This document shows positions 25,651-36,835 of a DNA stretch of 64,000 bases, piece after piece. This DNA comes from Torpedo marmorata. Lineage: Eukaryota. Made by a program: the position numbers and the translations under genes. Position 1 is the stretch's first letter, and each line of letters begins with the position of its first letter. The notes below the pieces were generated by a model. The model saw only the letters and a list, made by a program, of their open reading frames with translations, searched no databases and was not told the DNA's origin. The stretch spans positions 107,322,001 to 107,386,000 of the forward strand of contig OZ360222.1 of NCBI GenBank assembly GCA_977017645.1. The letters run 5' to 3'.

Positions 25651-27197
25651 AGTATATATAAAATCTTAAACCTTTCCCCAATGCAAGTTTATACAACCTG
25701 AAGAGCTGTGTACCCAAGGCAGAGTATCCACTAACTGTATAACATGTATAAGTCTTGACATCCACCAAGACACTGAAACCCTAAAATATACTTCTCCCTA
25801 ACTTAATGCAGTGTTTTTTTTTTAAAAAAACTTACCACTTATACTTAAAAAATTTGTACAAAAATTCTTGCACTGTAATAGAGAGATTATTTATTCTAAT
25901 TGACGGCAGTCCCATTATCATCCAGAGGAGACATGCTGTTAAATCATGTTGCTTTACATTTAATATTCTTTTTTAAATTTAGCCAGGTGCACCATTCTAG
26001 TCAATGACTGGCAAATTGACACTAAACAAATCCACTCATTTTTCTTTCCTTAGTATTTTAGGATTTTTTTCCCCTTTATTATATGTGTGTAAACTGGGAA
26101 AATTGTACAGTGCACTTAATTGTTCTATTCAAGCTGTCTTTTATCCTTTTGTCTTTTTGCTCAGCCTCCGTACCCCTGATTAAAAAAAGGGCATAGAAGT
26201 CACAAGCGGAGTCTAGTGCGATTAAAATATAAGATAAGGGTGGCTGGAGGGGCTGATAGGAGTATTGATGTATCATCTTTATGTTTATACAACGAGTGTG
26301 TGGTGTATGAACCAAGCATGACAACAAACCATAAGTGGGTGCTATGTGATTAATGGAATTGTCAAGATATTTTCCTCCTTTGTTCCTACTATTTTGTTTC
26401 TATCATTTTATTTATATATTGAGTATTGGTTAACTCACTGGTAGCCAAAACTATCAAGTGCATGACGTAGAAGCATCACATGGGTCAACACAAACCCAAG
26501 GCTACTCCTCCAGGACTTAACTGAAAGAAAACCAATACAGTTCCAAAAGATCCAAGGCACTCAGATTATTCTTTTTTCCTTTAACCAAACAATGGCATTC
26601 ATCCAATTATCATCGCCATTTTTGTCTCTTTTGCCAAAAATCAAGGTCAGCAATTGTTCTTATGTTCTAATTTAATATAGTAACAGATTTTCCTTTAGAA
26701 AATAAAGACGGCTTTAACAGTGCGAATTCCAGCCTGTCCATAGAGGGTTAAATAAAGGAATATATTTGGGAGGGGGGGGGTGGGCAGGAGGGTAGAAAAT
26801 CCCCCATTTTGTCTTCCCTCTCTGTGTTACAACCAAAACTATACATGATGTGAGTTACAGGACACTATGCAGCATGGTAGTCTTCTTTTTAAAAACCAAA
26901 GAAAGGACAAAGGGTGGTTACTCAGCACTAACCGAGGACAGAATTAAATTGCCGAACATACCATACATGCTGTCTAAAAGAAATTAAAACATACACAACA
27001 CGTAAATTATTGCACAAGAGAAAGGCTCGAGTTTGCGTAAATGCAATAGTATTGCCCCGATACAAATCATGCAATCATCAGTGACATTAAACCAGTTTTA
27101 CTGGCATCAAGCACATGTTCCTTACGTCCTCAGCTTCCACTTGGTTTTGATCACAAGAGAATAGAAAAAGCTATAGGGAACTTGAGCATCAATACAC

Positions 27198-29212
27198 CTA
27201 ATCAGTTTTTATATCATTATTTAACAAGCGCTCACTGTGCCATTTTTTCATGTGTTTCTCGAGGGTACTATACACGCTAAAAGGCATCTGACAAATTTCA
27301 CATTTGTAAACGTCTTTCCCCACCTGACCGTGCGTTTTCATGTGTCGTGTAAGCTTGCTACTCTGGGCACAGGCGTAGTTGCACAGGTCACATTTGTATG
27401 GTCTCTCGCCCGTGTGGCTTCTCCGGTGGACTGTGAGATTGCTGCAGTTCTTGAAGATTTTACCGCAAAATTCACACGTGTCACTTCGCTTGCCCTCCTT
27501 GGAGCTAGGCCGCCCTGGACCAGGTCCAGTGATGTGTGGAGTGCTGCCGCCACTTCCTGTGCCGCTCCGACCTGAGATCCCACCGTCCATCTCACCTGGG
27601 GGAGTGGAAAAGCGTAAACTTCCATTTTCTGAAGAGTGCTCGGATGAAGTTGCAAAAGGCGATTGTCTGGAGTCTCCAAAGCTGAGGAACGGGTCTTTCA
27701 TCTGCCGTGAGGCAGCGTAACCAGCAAGCCACTGTGAATAAACATTATCTGTGGGAGCCAAAGGTGCTGAGGGCAGGTCAAAGTCTTTTTCAAGCTTAAT
27801 GCGTTTGGAAAAAGGGCTGAGAGATGTCGGGCTAACCAATATAGGCTTTTTTGATATGCCCCCAGAAGCCGATTCACCTGGTGAGGAACCTCTTCCATTG
27901 ACTGTACCATCATCTGTGCGATCAGATTCACCAGCAACTGAGTCCTCATCATAAGTGTCTCTGTGAACTTCTGCTTCAGAAGAGTGATGAGTCCGCTTGT
28001 GTTTATCCACCAAGACTTGATGGAAGGCCTCACCGTAATGCTGCATGGTGTTCATAGTAATGTTGTGCATTACTTCAGGGAGAGAGCTCTTCTCCTCCAC
28101 AGGCCGTGAGCTGTTCTCATGATGACGCCCGCCCTCAAGACTGACGCCAAAGGCAAATTCAGACCTATTTTCATTCTCGGGTTCCTCCTCTTCCTCCTCT
28201 TCTTCCTCCTCTTCTTCTTCCTCTTCCTCCTCTTCCTCTTCCTCCTCCCCATTTTCTGGAATCATGTTGGCATCAGTTTCGCTCTTGTACTTGGCTACCA
28301 CTGACTTGAGAGCACTGCTGGCACTGCCAACAAGGTCACTTGTCCCAGGTTCGGGAGAGCTTGCAGTGGAGAGTCCATCATCTGACTTGACTGTCATGGG
28401 CGATGACTTGTGCAGATGTGTTTTCATGTGCCTCTTTAATTTGCTGGCCTGAGTGCAGGCGTGATCACAGAGGTGGCACTTGTACGGTTTCTCACCAGTG
28501 TGGCTTCGGCGGTGCACAATCAAGTTGCTCTGAAACTTAAAGGTTTTCCCACAGAATTCACAGGACTTGGACTTGAGAACACTCTGTGCAGGAGGGGCTG
28601 TGGACTGGAGGGGTGGGAGGGGCGGTGTGCTGAGAAATGGAGATTTGTTACTTGATTGGAATGGTTGCAATAGCCTTTGCATGGGACTTGGCCGGTTTGG
28701 TGACAATGGAGGAGTGGAGGTATTGCCAGCTAATTCCCTAAGTCTTCTGGAGAAATCCATTGATGGCGGCTCAATCGGTATGGAGTTAAGACGCAGTACC
28801 CTGTCAAAGGCACTGTTATGATGTGCTGCTGCCATAGCCATCTCCTCAACACTCAGACGATCCATTCGATGAGGGTCCAGGTGATGCCGGGGCGGAGGGC
28901 TAAACAAGGGAGGTGTAGGGGGAAAGCGGCCTTCTACAAGCCCTGGTGTTTCCCGAGAGACAGGCCCAGACATTCTCAGTAGGTTGAAAGGACTATTATC
29001 TGCCACGTGAAGTCCATGAAGGGGGGGTTGAGGGCCACAATCTGCCCCAAGTCCCGAAGGAATCCCAACCCGTGGCGTCAAGGGACTTCCATGCTCAGTC
29101 TCCAAATAAATTCGGAATCCATGGGTGTTCTGGGCATGTTGGAGGAGAAACCATGCGCTGTTGAATGGCTGTTTGCAAGTTGTGCAAGTGTAACTGCTCG
29201 GCTCATCCTTCC
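27198..29212 (-). CDS. BCL11A: BCL11A (CTIP1/EVI9) large terminal coding exon, six C2H2 zinc fingers, XL-type C-terminus
   Basis: Acceptor TTTTCTCTTGCAG|GG (phase 1) before [18 protein letters not shown]1, ZF2-3 (KSCEFCGK...), a 22-Glu acidic run, then ZF4-6. The end [10 protein letters not shown] fits BCL11A (RVLNNDIKTE) and not BCL11B. Upstream exons are not recognised in the window. Confidence 0.97.
28182..28247 (-). repeat. (GAR)22 poly-glutamate coding repeat
   Basis: 22 consecutive GAA/GAG codons counted from the sequence. Confidence 0.97.
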
Positions 29213-30069
29213 CTGCAAGAGAAAACAAATAATGCCAACATGAAGACCTCTGCAAACCACACTCTGCCACTATCTTGCCACTTAAAACACCTATTTTAAA
29301 AGAAAAGGTTTTAAAGAAACTTGCACCCCAAATTTAATGGAAACTGTAAAGGTGCCAGGAGGCAACTTGAATGACTGAGTCAATTTCTCTTCATTCTAAG
29401 TGACCTAATTGATAAGAGATCTACAGCCTCACAAACCCTGTTGCAATGGTCAGTTAGGACACATGTGCATGTTTACTTACATTGTTTCCAAGATTCTTTT
29501 AGGTGTGTCTCTGTGAATCAGCAAAACAAAGCAGGATGTAAAGTACACTTCATCCTGAATTTTATATCATTACTTTAACTAGGAGTTGATTTCTCTTGGT
29601 AACAAATTTAAAGTACTCTTATAATTAAAGAGGAATCAATACATGAACATTTCCCATTAATCTGGTCAAACCACACAGGCATTGCTCACCTACTTAAAAA
29701 CCTTGCTTGCAATGGTAATTTTTCTTCTGTTTGGTAAATAAAGTCACTCTTGACCACACATTTCTCTATCAAACCTTCTTGGCAGTTTGCTACCAATCTT
29801 TTTTTTTAAATTGAGCTAAGTCCTAAAACGTGAATCAGACAGTAAAAAAAAAGATTTTTTCCATTAAGACAAGGTGGAGACGCCAGTTAAAAAGGCTTTC
29901 AACGGGGACAAGCATATTCACAAATGCAAATCCTCAACTTAATTCCCTACATTATCAATGCAAACCCACCCTGCTCTGCCCAGTTTGAGAATGGTCAACA
30001 GATGAGATGACATAACTATTTATCCTTGGTTTCCTCCACTTCAAATTTATGGTTAAGAATTGGTTCAAG

Positions 30070-32203
30070 ACAACAAGACAAGGATGTCCATTGTCACCTG
30101 CTTTATTTGTATTGGCAATAGAACCGTTGGCGGAAATGATTAGGAAAGATATTAATATAAATGGGATAAAAGTAGGTGTAGAAGAGCATAAAATTAGTTT
30201 GTTTGCAGATGATGTATTAATATATATGACAAAGTCTATTAAATCACTTCAACAATTAGATAAAATATTGAGGGATTATGGTGAAATATCTGGATATAAA
30301 ATTAATTCGGATAAAAGTGAGATAATGGCTTTATCTCAAGGAGACTATACTAAATGTAAAGAAGTTACAAAATTTAAATGGGCTAAAGAAGCTATTAAAT
30401 ATTTGGGAGTTAAAGTGGATACAAAGTTAGAAAATTTATATAAATTAAATTACATACCTTTATTTCAGAAAATAAAGAAGGATTTGGATAATTGGAAAGA
30501 TTTACCCATAACTTTAATGGGAAGAGTGAATTGTATTAAAATGAATATTTTTCCAAAAGTTCAATATCTTTTTCAATCTATACCTTTTGGTATTCCTCAA
30601 AAATTTTTTAAAGATTTAAAAATTATTATTAGAAAGTTTTTATGGAAAGGAAAATTGGCAAGAGTAAGTATGGATAAATTAACTTGGGAATACGAAATGG
30701 GTGGATTACAACTCCCTAATTTTCAATATTATTATAAGGCAGCACAATTAAAATTTATAAATGAACTATTTGATTTAACTAAAAATACGGCTTGGATTAA
30801 TATAGAATTGAGTAATATAGGAGAAAGAAATAAGGAAGATATTATTTATAAATGGAATTCTAAATTATTATTGATTAAAAAGAAAAAGTCACCGATTATT
30901 AAACATCTATTGGAAATTTGGAATCAATTAGATAATGAAATAGGACGAAAAGGATCAATTTCTTTAAACATGCCATTATATCAGAATTTATTATTACCAT
31001 TTTCTATTGATAATCAATTTTTAAAATTATGGTATCAAAAAGGAATTAAGAAGATTAAAGATTGTTTTGAGGCAGGAAGATTTGTTACTTTTTCTAGATT
31101 GAAAGAAAAATTTGGAATAATGGACAATACAGTTTTGGCTTATTATCAAGTTAAAGGATTTTTAGTTGAGAAATTAGGGAATCAATTAATATCCCCTAGA
31201 CAAGATGGGTTAGAGTTATTAATTACTAATGGAAATGTTAACAAATTTATATCGCAAATGTATAAATTACTTCAGAAAAAAATGTTTAAAGTAGGACTAC
31301 ATAAATCTAGATTAAATTGGGAATCAGATCTAAACACTAGTATAGATGAACAACACTGGAAAGAACTATGTAAACTGAGTATGACTAAGATTATTAATGT
31401 TAGATATAGATTAGTACAATATAATTTTTTTCATCAATTATATATAACACCTAAAAAATTAAAGAAATTCAATTCGGCATTGTCAGATATGTGTTTTAGA
31501 TGTAAAGATGAAATAGGTTCTTTTGTACATTGTACATGGTTGTGTTTGAAAATTAAAAGTTTTTGGTCTAAAGTCAAGGAATTTTTAGATAGAATTCTTA
31601 ATATTACGATTCCAATGGACCCTATGATATTTCTGTTTGGAGATATTAAAAAAATTAGTATTAGAAATAGATTGAATATGTACCAAATAGAATTTTTACG
31701 AATTGTGTTAGCAATTTCAAAAAAATGTATTGCTATTACTTGGAAATCAGATTTAGATTTAAATTTGGATAGATTACATGCAGAGTTACGCTCGTGTATA
31801 CCATTGGAAAAAATTACGTATAATTTACGAGACAAATATCATTTCTTTCTGAAAATTTGGAGCCCATACATGAGAATTATGGGTATGAATTAATTCTCTA
31901 GAAGTTAGTACCGCTGACAAAGTAACCTCCAATATACAAGTAGAGTTAGCTTGAAATAGTTTTTCTCCTCATACTAACACTAACTTTCTTAACTTTATTA
32001 TTCAATCTTTTTCTTTTCTTTTAATTAACATTTTTATACTCTATTTTTTTCTTTTTATTAGATAGCGTGGGAGGGTTGGGGAGGGGAGGGTGGGAAGGGG
32101 GGGTGGTAATATATCACATGTATTTTCAATAATATACTATTTTTTTGATATATGTATTTTGTGATTTTAAAAAAAATTAAATAAAATTATTAAAAAAAAA
32201 AAA
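30070..32203 (+). mobile_element. 5'-truncated L1/Tx1-clade LINE, same family as 5318-7514, antisense in the BCL11A intron
   Basis: Uninterrupted ORF2 3' half to 31893 (RQGCPLSP, LFADD, CFRC..H..W.C), AATAAA and poly(A). 15-bp TSD AAGAATTGGTTCAAG at 30055-30069 and 32204-32218. TT/AAGA target site. Confidence 0.96.
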
Positions 32204-34169
32204 AAGAATTGGTTCAAGGTTATTTTTTTTCTTCTTCATCTCTGCTCCATCATTCCATTCAATGCTTGTCTGAGTAGGTTGAAGTGGGGTGCTAAATAAT
32301 AGTCAGAGGAGTAATTGACTTACAAGCCCTGGCATTTCCCTTGAGACAGGCCCAGATGAAATCTGTGAAATGAAGATCTCATCCAGGTGTTGGTCACCCT
32401 GAACATCCCATGCTTGTGTCAATCCTTTTAAAGGAGTCCAGGCAGTAATTACTGCCAAGTACTCTTGATGTACTTTTATTTCCCTTAAACCGATGTGTCC
32501 TGATGCTCAGCCGAAATCAGAAAACATTGCACAGGTCAAATACTGAAGTGACAACCTGCTCATCTGTAAGGGTCAGTTGCAGGTCTTTAACAACTGGGGG
32601 TATCAGGAGCAAAGTCTCTAATTCTTATTAATGGGAATTTCATGAATATCACACAAAATAACCATTCCTGCAGCCTTAATCTGAAGAGGAGAAAACAGAG
32701 TGAACTCATTAATACGTTTCGGTGGAGATCTAATGGAAATTTGATGGGGATTTTCAAAATAACTGCAGGATTAGATTCATGGTTTGGCTTGGTAGGTTTT
32801 GCAGCACCAGGGACACATACATTTGGGTCCTCATGAACAACATCAACTATTAGGAAGTCCAGCTCTTGCAGAGTCATCAACCTTTAAAACAGGGTAATCG
32901 TACCTGCAGATATAGATTTGCTGCAGGCATTAATGGAAGTGACCCCAATTCCCAATTGGGGCCCCATAACATCACACAAAAGGAATACAACTCTGGTGAA
33001 TGGCTCCACGGATCACTGTACTCTCATGGGATTTATTTAATTTCTTTCAGGTCCTTTCCAGAGAGATTCCCCTTAAATTTAGCCCAAAATTCTTTTCCTC
33101 TTTTGGTCCTTCCTTGGGGGGATTTCATGGCAACAAGGTTAAAGGTTGGGAGAATGTCAGAAGGTCTGTGATTGTCCTTTTCAGACATCAGTAAAATAAT
33201 GAAGTGTCTGCTGATTCCCACAGTGCGATTTCATGCCTGAAAGTTCTCCTTAAAAAGATGCTGGCTCCCAATATGACTTTAAACTGCAGCAGTTCTTGGA
33301 ACAATCAGCATCATTATAAATAATAATTTAAGCCCCATCTGATTATCTAGATATTACTTTAGTGAATTCCTCAAATTATTTCATCTCTTTTGCTCAAAAA
33401 TAATATTAAAAAAACAAACTGGGTTCAAGCCTCCATAATTGGACCCCAGCTCCCTCAACTAATTGTTGGCAGAGACATGTGCAAATAGTATTGAATAGGA
33501 GTCTCTTTTTTAAAGCTTCCAGGTGTAAAGTGAATACTTTGCACAAGTGTACTAATGAACAAACATACATTTGACATTCACTCTGCATTCTTATAGCTCA
33601 CAAATTGCCTACAAATATAGAGAGTTTATTTACTATTATTTGCAGTAAACTCTTCAGTCATCTTTGCTTCCTCTCAAAACATTCCTTTTTCACTTCTTGC
33701 TACCTTTAAACACCATCACAAAGCCCATCTCCCATCAGCCTTTTGGATCTCCACCATGTGGAGTTCTATACAATGAGCTGGCCTACATTCAGAACTATTT
33801 AAATCTGCATTGGACTATTTTCAGAAATGTACGGTTTCACAGAGGAACAAAGGAATAAAACTATAAATGGAGTTGGCAACAATCATGGACAGCATCACAA
33901 CTACTGAGTTCAACTGTCCAACCCAAGCAAATACATTGTGTGTAACTGCGCCACCAAATAGGTGGGCTGGGTGGCTCATAAGCATTGTTGTTTTCTGCTT
34001 GTTCAACATGGAGGAGTGGTGGAGAATACTGGGCCAGACAAAATTTAAAAGCAAGCTTGCTTCTCTTCTGGGGTTGTAGACTTTGGCTGCAAGAGTGTTT
34101 AAAATAACTTTGTCATGGAAAGCAGGAGTCCCATGCTTCCCAGATGTGGCATCAGATCTCTCAGTGGGA

Positions 34170-34305
34170 GAACACAGTGCTGGGGAAACTCAGCTGGTCA
34201 AACAGCGTACTTTATATAGCAAAGACAAAGATACATAACCAACATTTCGGGATTGAGCCCTTAATCATGGTATGAGCAAAATGTCAGCAGACACCGGAAT
34301 AGGGG
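34170..34305 (-). mobile_element. Penelope pLTR fragment with degenerate hammerhead motif
   Basis: Aligns by eye to 17580-17706. The core has mutated to ATGATTA...GAAATGTT. Confidence 0.8.
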
Positions 34306-34867
34306 GAGGAGCCGTGTGTGCGTGCGTGATATCAAGACCTGTGAATGAATGCTAGGCCAAAATACTGTATAATTACATTTCTATTCCATGAAAATCTATA
34401 TTGTATTCATCGTTTTTAAACATTTGAAAATTATAGCATACAGTATTCATCAGTCAGCACTTTGGTACATCAGTAACAAAGGACTACATTAACAATACTT
34501 GCACAATATTATGGATCTTTCCAGGTGAAATGCACAAAGTATTTCAGTACTTTATTGCCAAGAGGTGCAAGCCTGGTCTTCAGTCCTCTCAGCACAATCG
34601 GATCACTGCGCCAATATACAGTATCTTCCTAATTACCACACACATATTTGCAAATAAAACTTTTACCACATTTTGTTCTCCAGTAAATTTCAGAAACAAC
34701 AGAAAAGGGCATCTGATGACCCACAATTTGAAACACAATGAAGACATAATCTCATTATGTTCACATGGCTCCTTGAGAGACATATAAGGCACAAACAGGA
34801 ATTCAATCTTAAACAAATCAGTGGGGGGGGGGAGGAGGGTTGAAAATGATACAGCTACGGAAAGGTC

Positions 34868-35405
34868 TTATTTATTTATATTTTCTTCTATTGGAATATC
34901 TTTAACATTTGACATTTTGGCCATGATGCTCATTCCAAAAGTAGAGATAAAGCCAATCCTTACATCCCTATTAGCTAAGCGCCTAATCTTGTTACACTGG
35001 AAGTCTGATAGGGGTCCCTCTATTACACAATGGATTAAGGATATCAGTTTCTTTATTAAACTGGAGAAAATCAAATACACATTAAGAGGGTCCACCGGAA
35101 AATTTGTCCATAAATGGCAACACTTTATGCGTTATTTCCCTGAATTACAAGTGCTTACGGAGTAAAAGATTAACTGTGAGACGGTTGTACCAGTACAATC
35201 GGTAATATACCGAAGATACTGTCAGCAAAGGTGCCAAGGTGGTTAGGGAGTGAGGGGTCCGGCCGTGTATCTGAGGGTGTATGTGAACATTTGCGTATAT
35301 GTGTGTTGGTTTTTCTGTCAAAAAAAAAGAAAACAGGAGCAAAATGTACATTTGTATAATGTGTACAAAGTTGCTTTTGATGCTCAATAAATATATTTTG
35401 GGAGA
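34868..35405 (+). mobile_element. L1-clade 3' fragment (second family)
   Basis: LLAKRLILLHWKS...W..DI...LEKIKY..RG...F..KW is an L1 ORF2 C-terminus. AATAAA at 35386. Confidence 0.8.
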
Positions 35406-36564
35406 AAAGGCCAATCCTCAGCAGTTTATTGAAACAAATATCATTTTTAAACGCTCCATGTACAAAATGCATGAAAAAACATCCAGTGGCAATAGCAATG
35501 TGAGGAATTGATCAGTAATGCTTCCGAATGGCATCATCTGCCCACATTTACTATTTCCAGCCAGGAATCAACTGTTCCCAATTGTCAGCTCCATGGACAA
35601 ATTAAACAGGCCACCTCAGGTCCTGATTTTGTCATGTTCAAGTCTTTCCACTAGATACTGCTAGTGAGCTCCATACATACTCTGGTGACCTCCAGTGGCT
35701 GAAAGCAGAGCACTGCAACTACATGGGGCTGACACCTTGGGATGATCTGAGACCCCATCTCCACAAAACAATTTGTTTCAAGACAAACAAATGCTGCAAT
35801 ATCAGCCTCCCAGATTTCGTTCTTTCCAAGTAATGTCTGCTTCCTGGAAGAGGAAACAATTGAGTTGGAGATTTGATTTTGATGACACTTGGTGTCATTG
35901 CTTTGCTGGTAACAGTGTTTCGGGGTTTGTGTCCCAGAAGCTTTGTGGTCCAGGATGTTGTTCCACCAAACAAACATGATGAATGAATAACTCCCCTCAT
36001 TACTCTCAAGATTCCAAAGGGAAAGGAAAACAGATCTTTGGGTACTGGGATTCCCAACCTGTTTTTAGAGTAAATGGTATATCTGAGCACATAATTCACA
36101 TGGTAGGAATGGAAAGAAAAAACAAAAGTAACTTAAGTTTTTTTTTAACATTGATAGCTTCTGTGGTCTCGCTACGCCGTGCTGCAATAATGTACAAACA
36201 CGTGTTCTATGACACAATTTCCTGCTCTTCCTCCCTTGGACAGCCCCCTTTTAGTGATGTCAAGATCAGGCGTGCAAAACCTTTCCAAAGGGAATAAGTT
36301 GTACAGTAAACTATTTCAATGGAGCAGATTCCTCTTGGCGAAATATGAGTGGCAGCAGAGGAAACCCGAGACAAGATTCTTGAAACCTCCCACCATCCAG
36401 CAGTTTCAGTGCATGGCAAGGGAGGACAAAATGCAAGCTGGAAAAATATTCCTGTACATTTTCATGAAGAGATCCAACAGGTAAAGATGAATTCCAAGTT
36501 TTCTCCACCCTCACCTTTAACCTTTCCTTTGATCTTCCCTCTTTACTCTATGACCAAGAACTGG

Positions 36565-36835
36565 GAAGGAAATCCACTTGGAACAGAGATGCGTATGAAT
36601 TTCTTCAGCCCCAGGGTGGTAAATCTGTAGAATTTGTTGTCACAGGTAGTTGTGTCGGCCAGGTCATTGGGTGTATTTAAGACAGAGGTTCTTGATTAGC
36701 CAGGGCATCAAAGGTTATGGGGAAAAGGCCGGGCAGTGGGACTGAGTGGAAAAATGGATCAGCACATGATTAAAAGATGGGACAGACTCGATGGGCTGAA
36801 TAACCTATTTCTGCTCCATGTCTTATGGTCTTAAC
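36565..36835 (+). mobile_element. CR1/HER1-like LINE 3' end
   Basis: NFFSPRVVNL motif and tail GATGGGCTGAATAACCTATTTCTGCTCCATGTCTTATGGTCTT. Confidence 0.85.

Larger units (their letters stand above)
24590..27197 (-). other. BCL11A: BCL11A (XL-type) 3'UTR
   Basis: Directly follows the TAG stop and is free of recognisable TEs. The distal block (TTAGATGACCAAAGGTCATTACAACCTGGCTTTT, TTGGCAGTTGTCTGCATTA, CCCATTTTGTCCCTTTAT) matches my recollection of the end of the mammalian BCL11A-XL UTR. Confidence 0.8.

Noticed and set aside
27237-29243. Several antisense and alternative-frame ORFs over the BCL11A exon
   Set aside because: Typical shadow ORFs of C2H2-ZF and GC-balanced coding sequence, with no independent motifs.
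29213-29270. N-terminal [19 protein letters not shown] of the 690-aa ORF
   Set aside because: Intronic read-through upstream of the polypyrimidine/CAG acceptor. BCL11A similarity starts at GKDEPSSY.
30049-30069. ATG start of the 614-aa ORF suggesting an intact gene
   Set aside because: The ATG and first codons come from flank and TSD sequence. The L1 lacks EN and the N-terminal RT.
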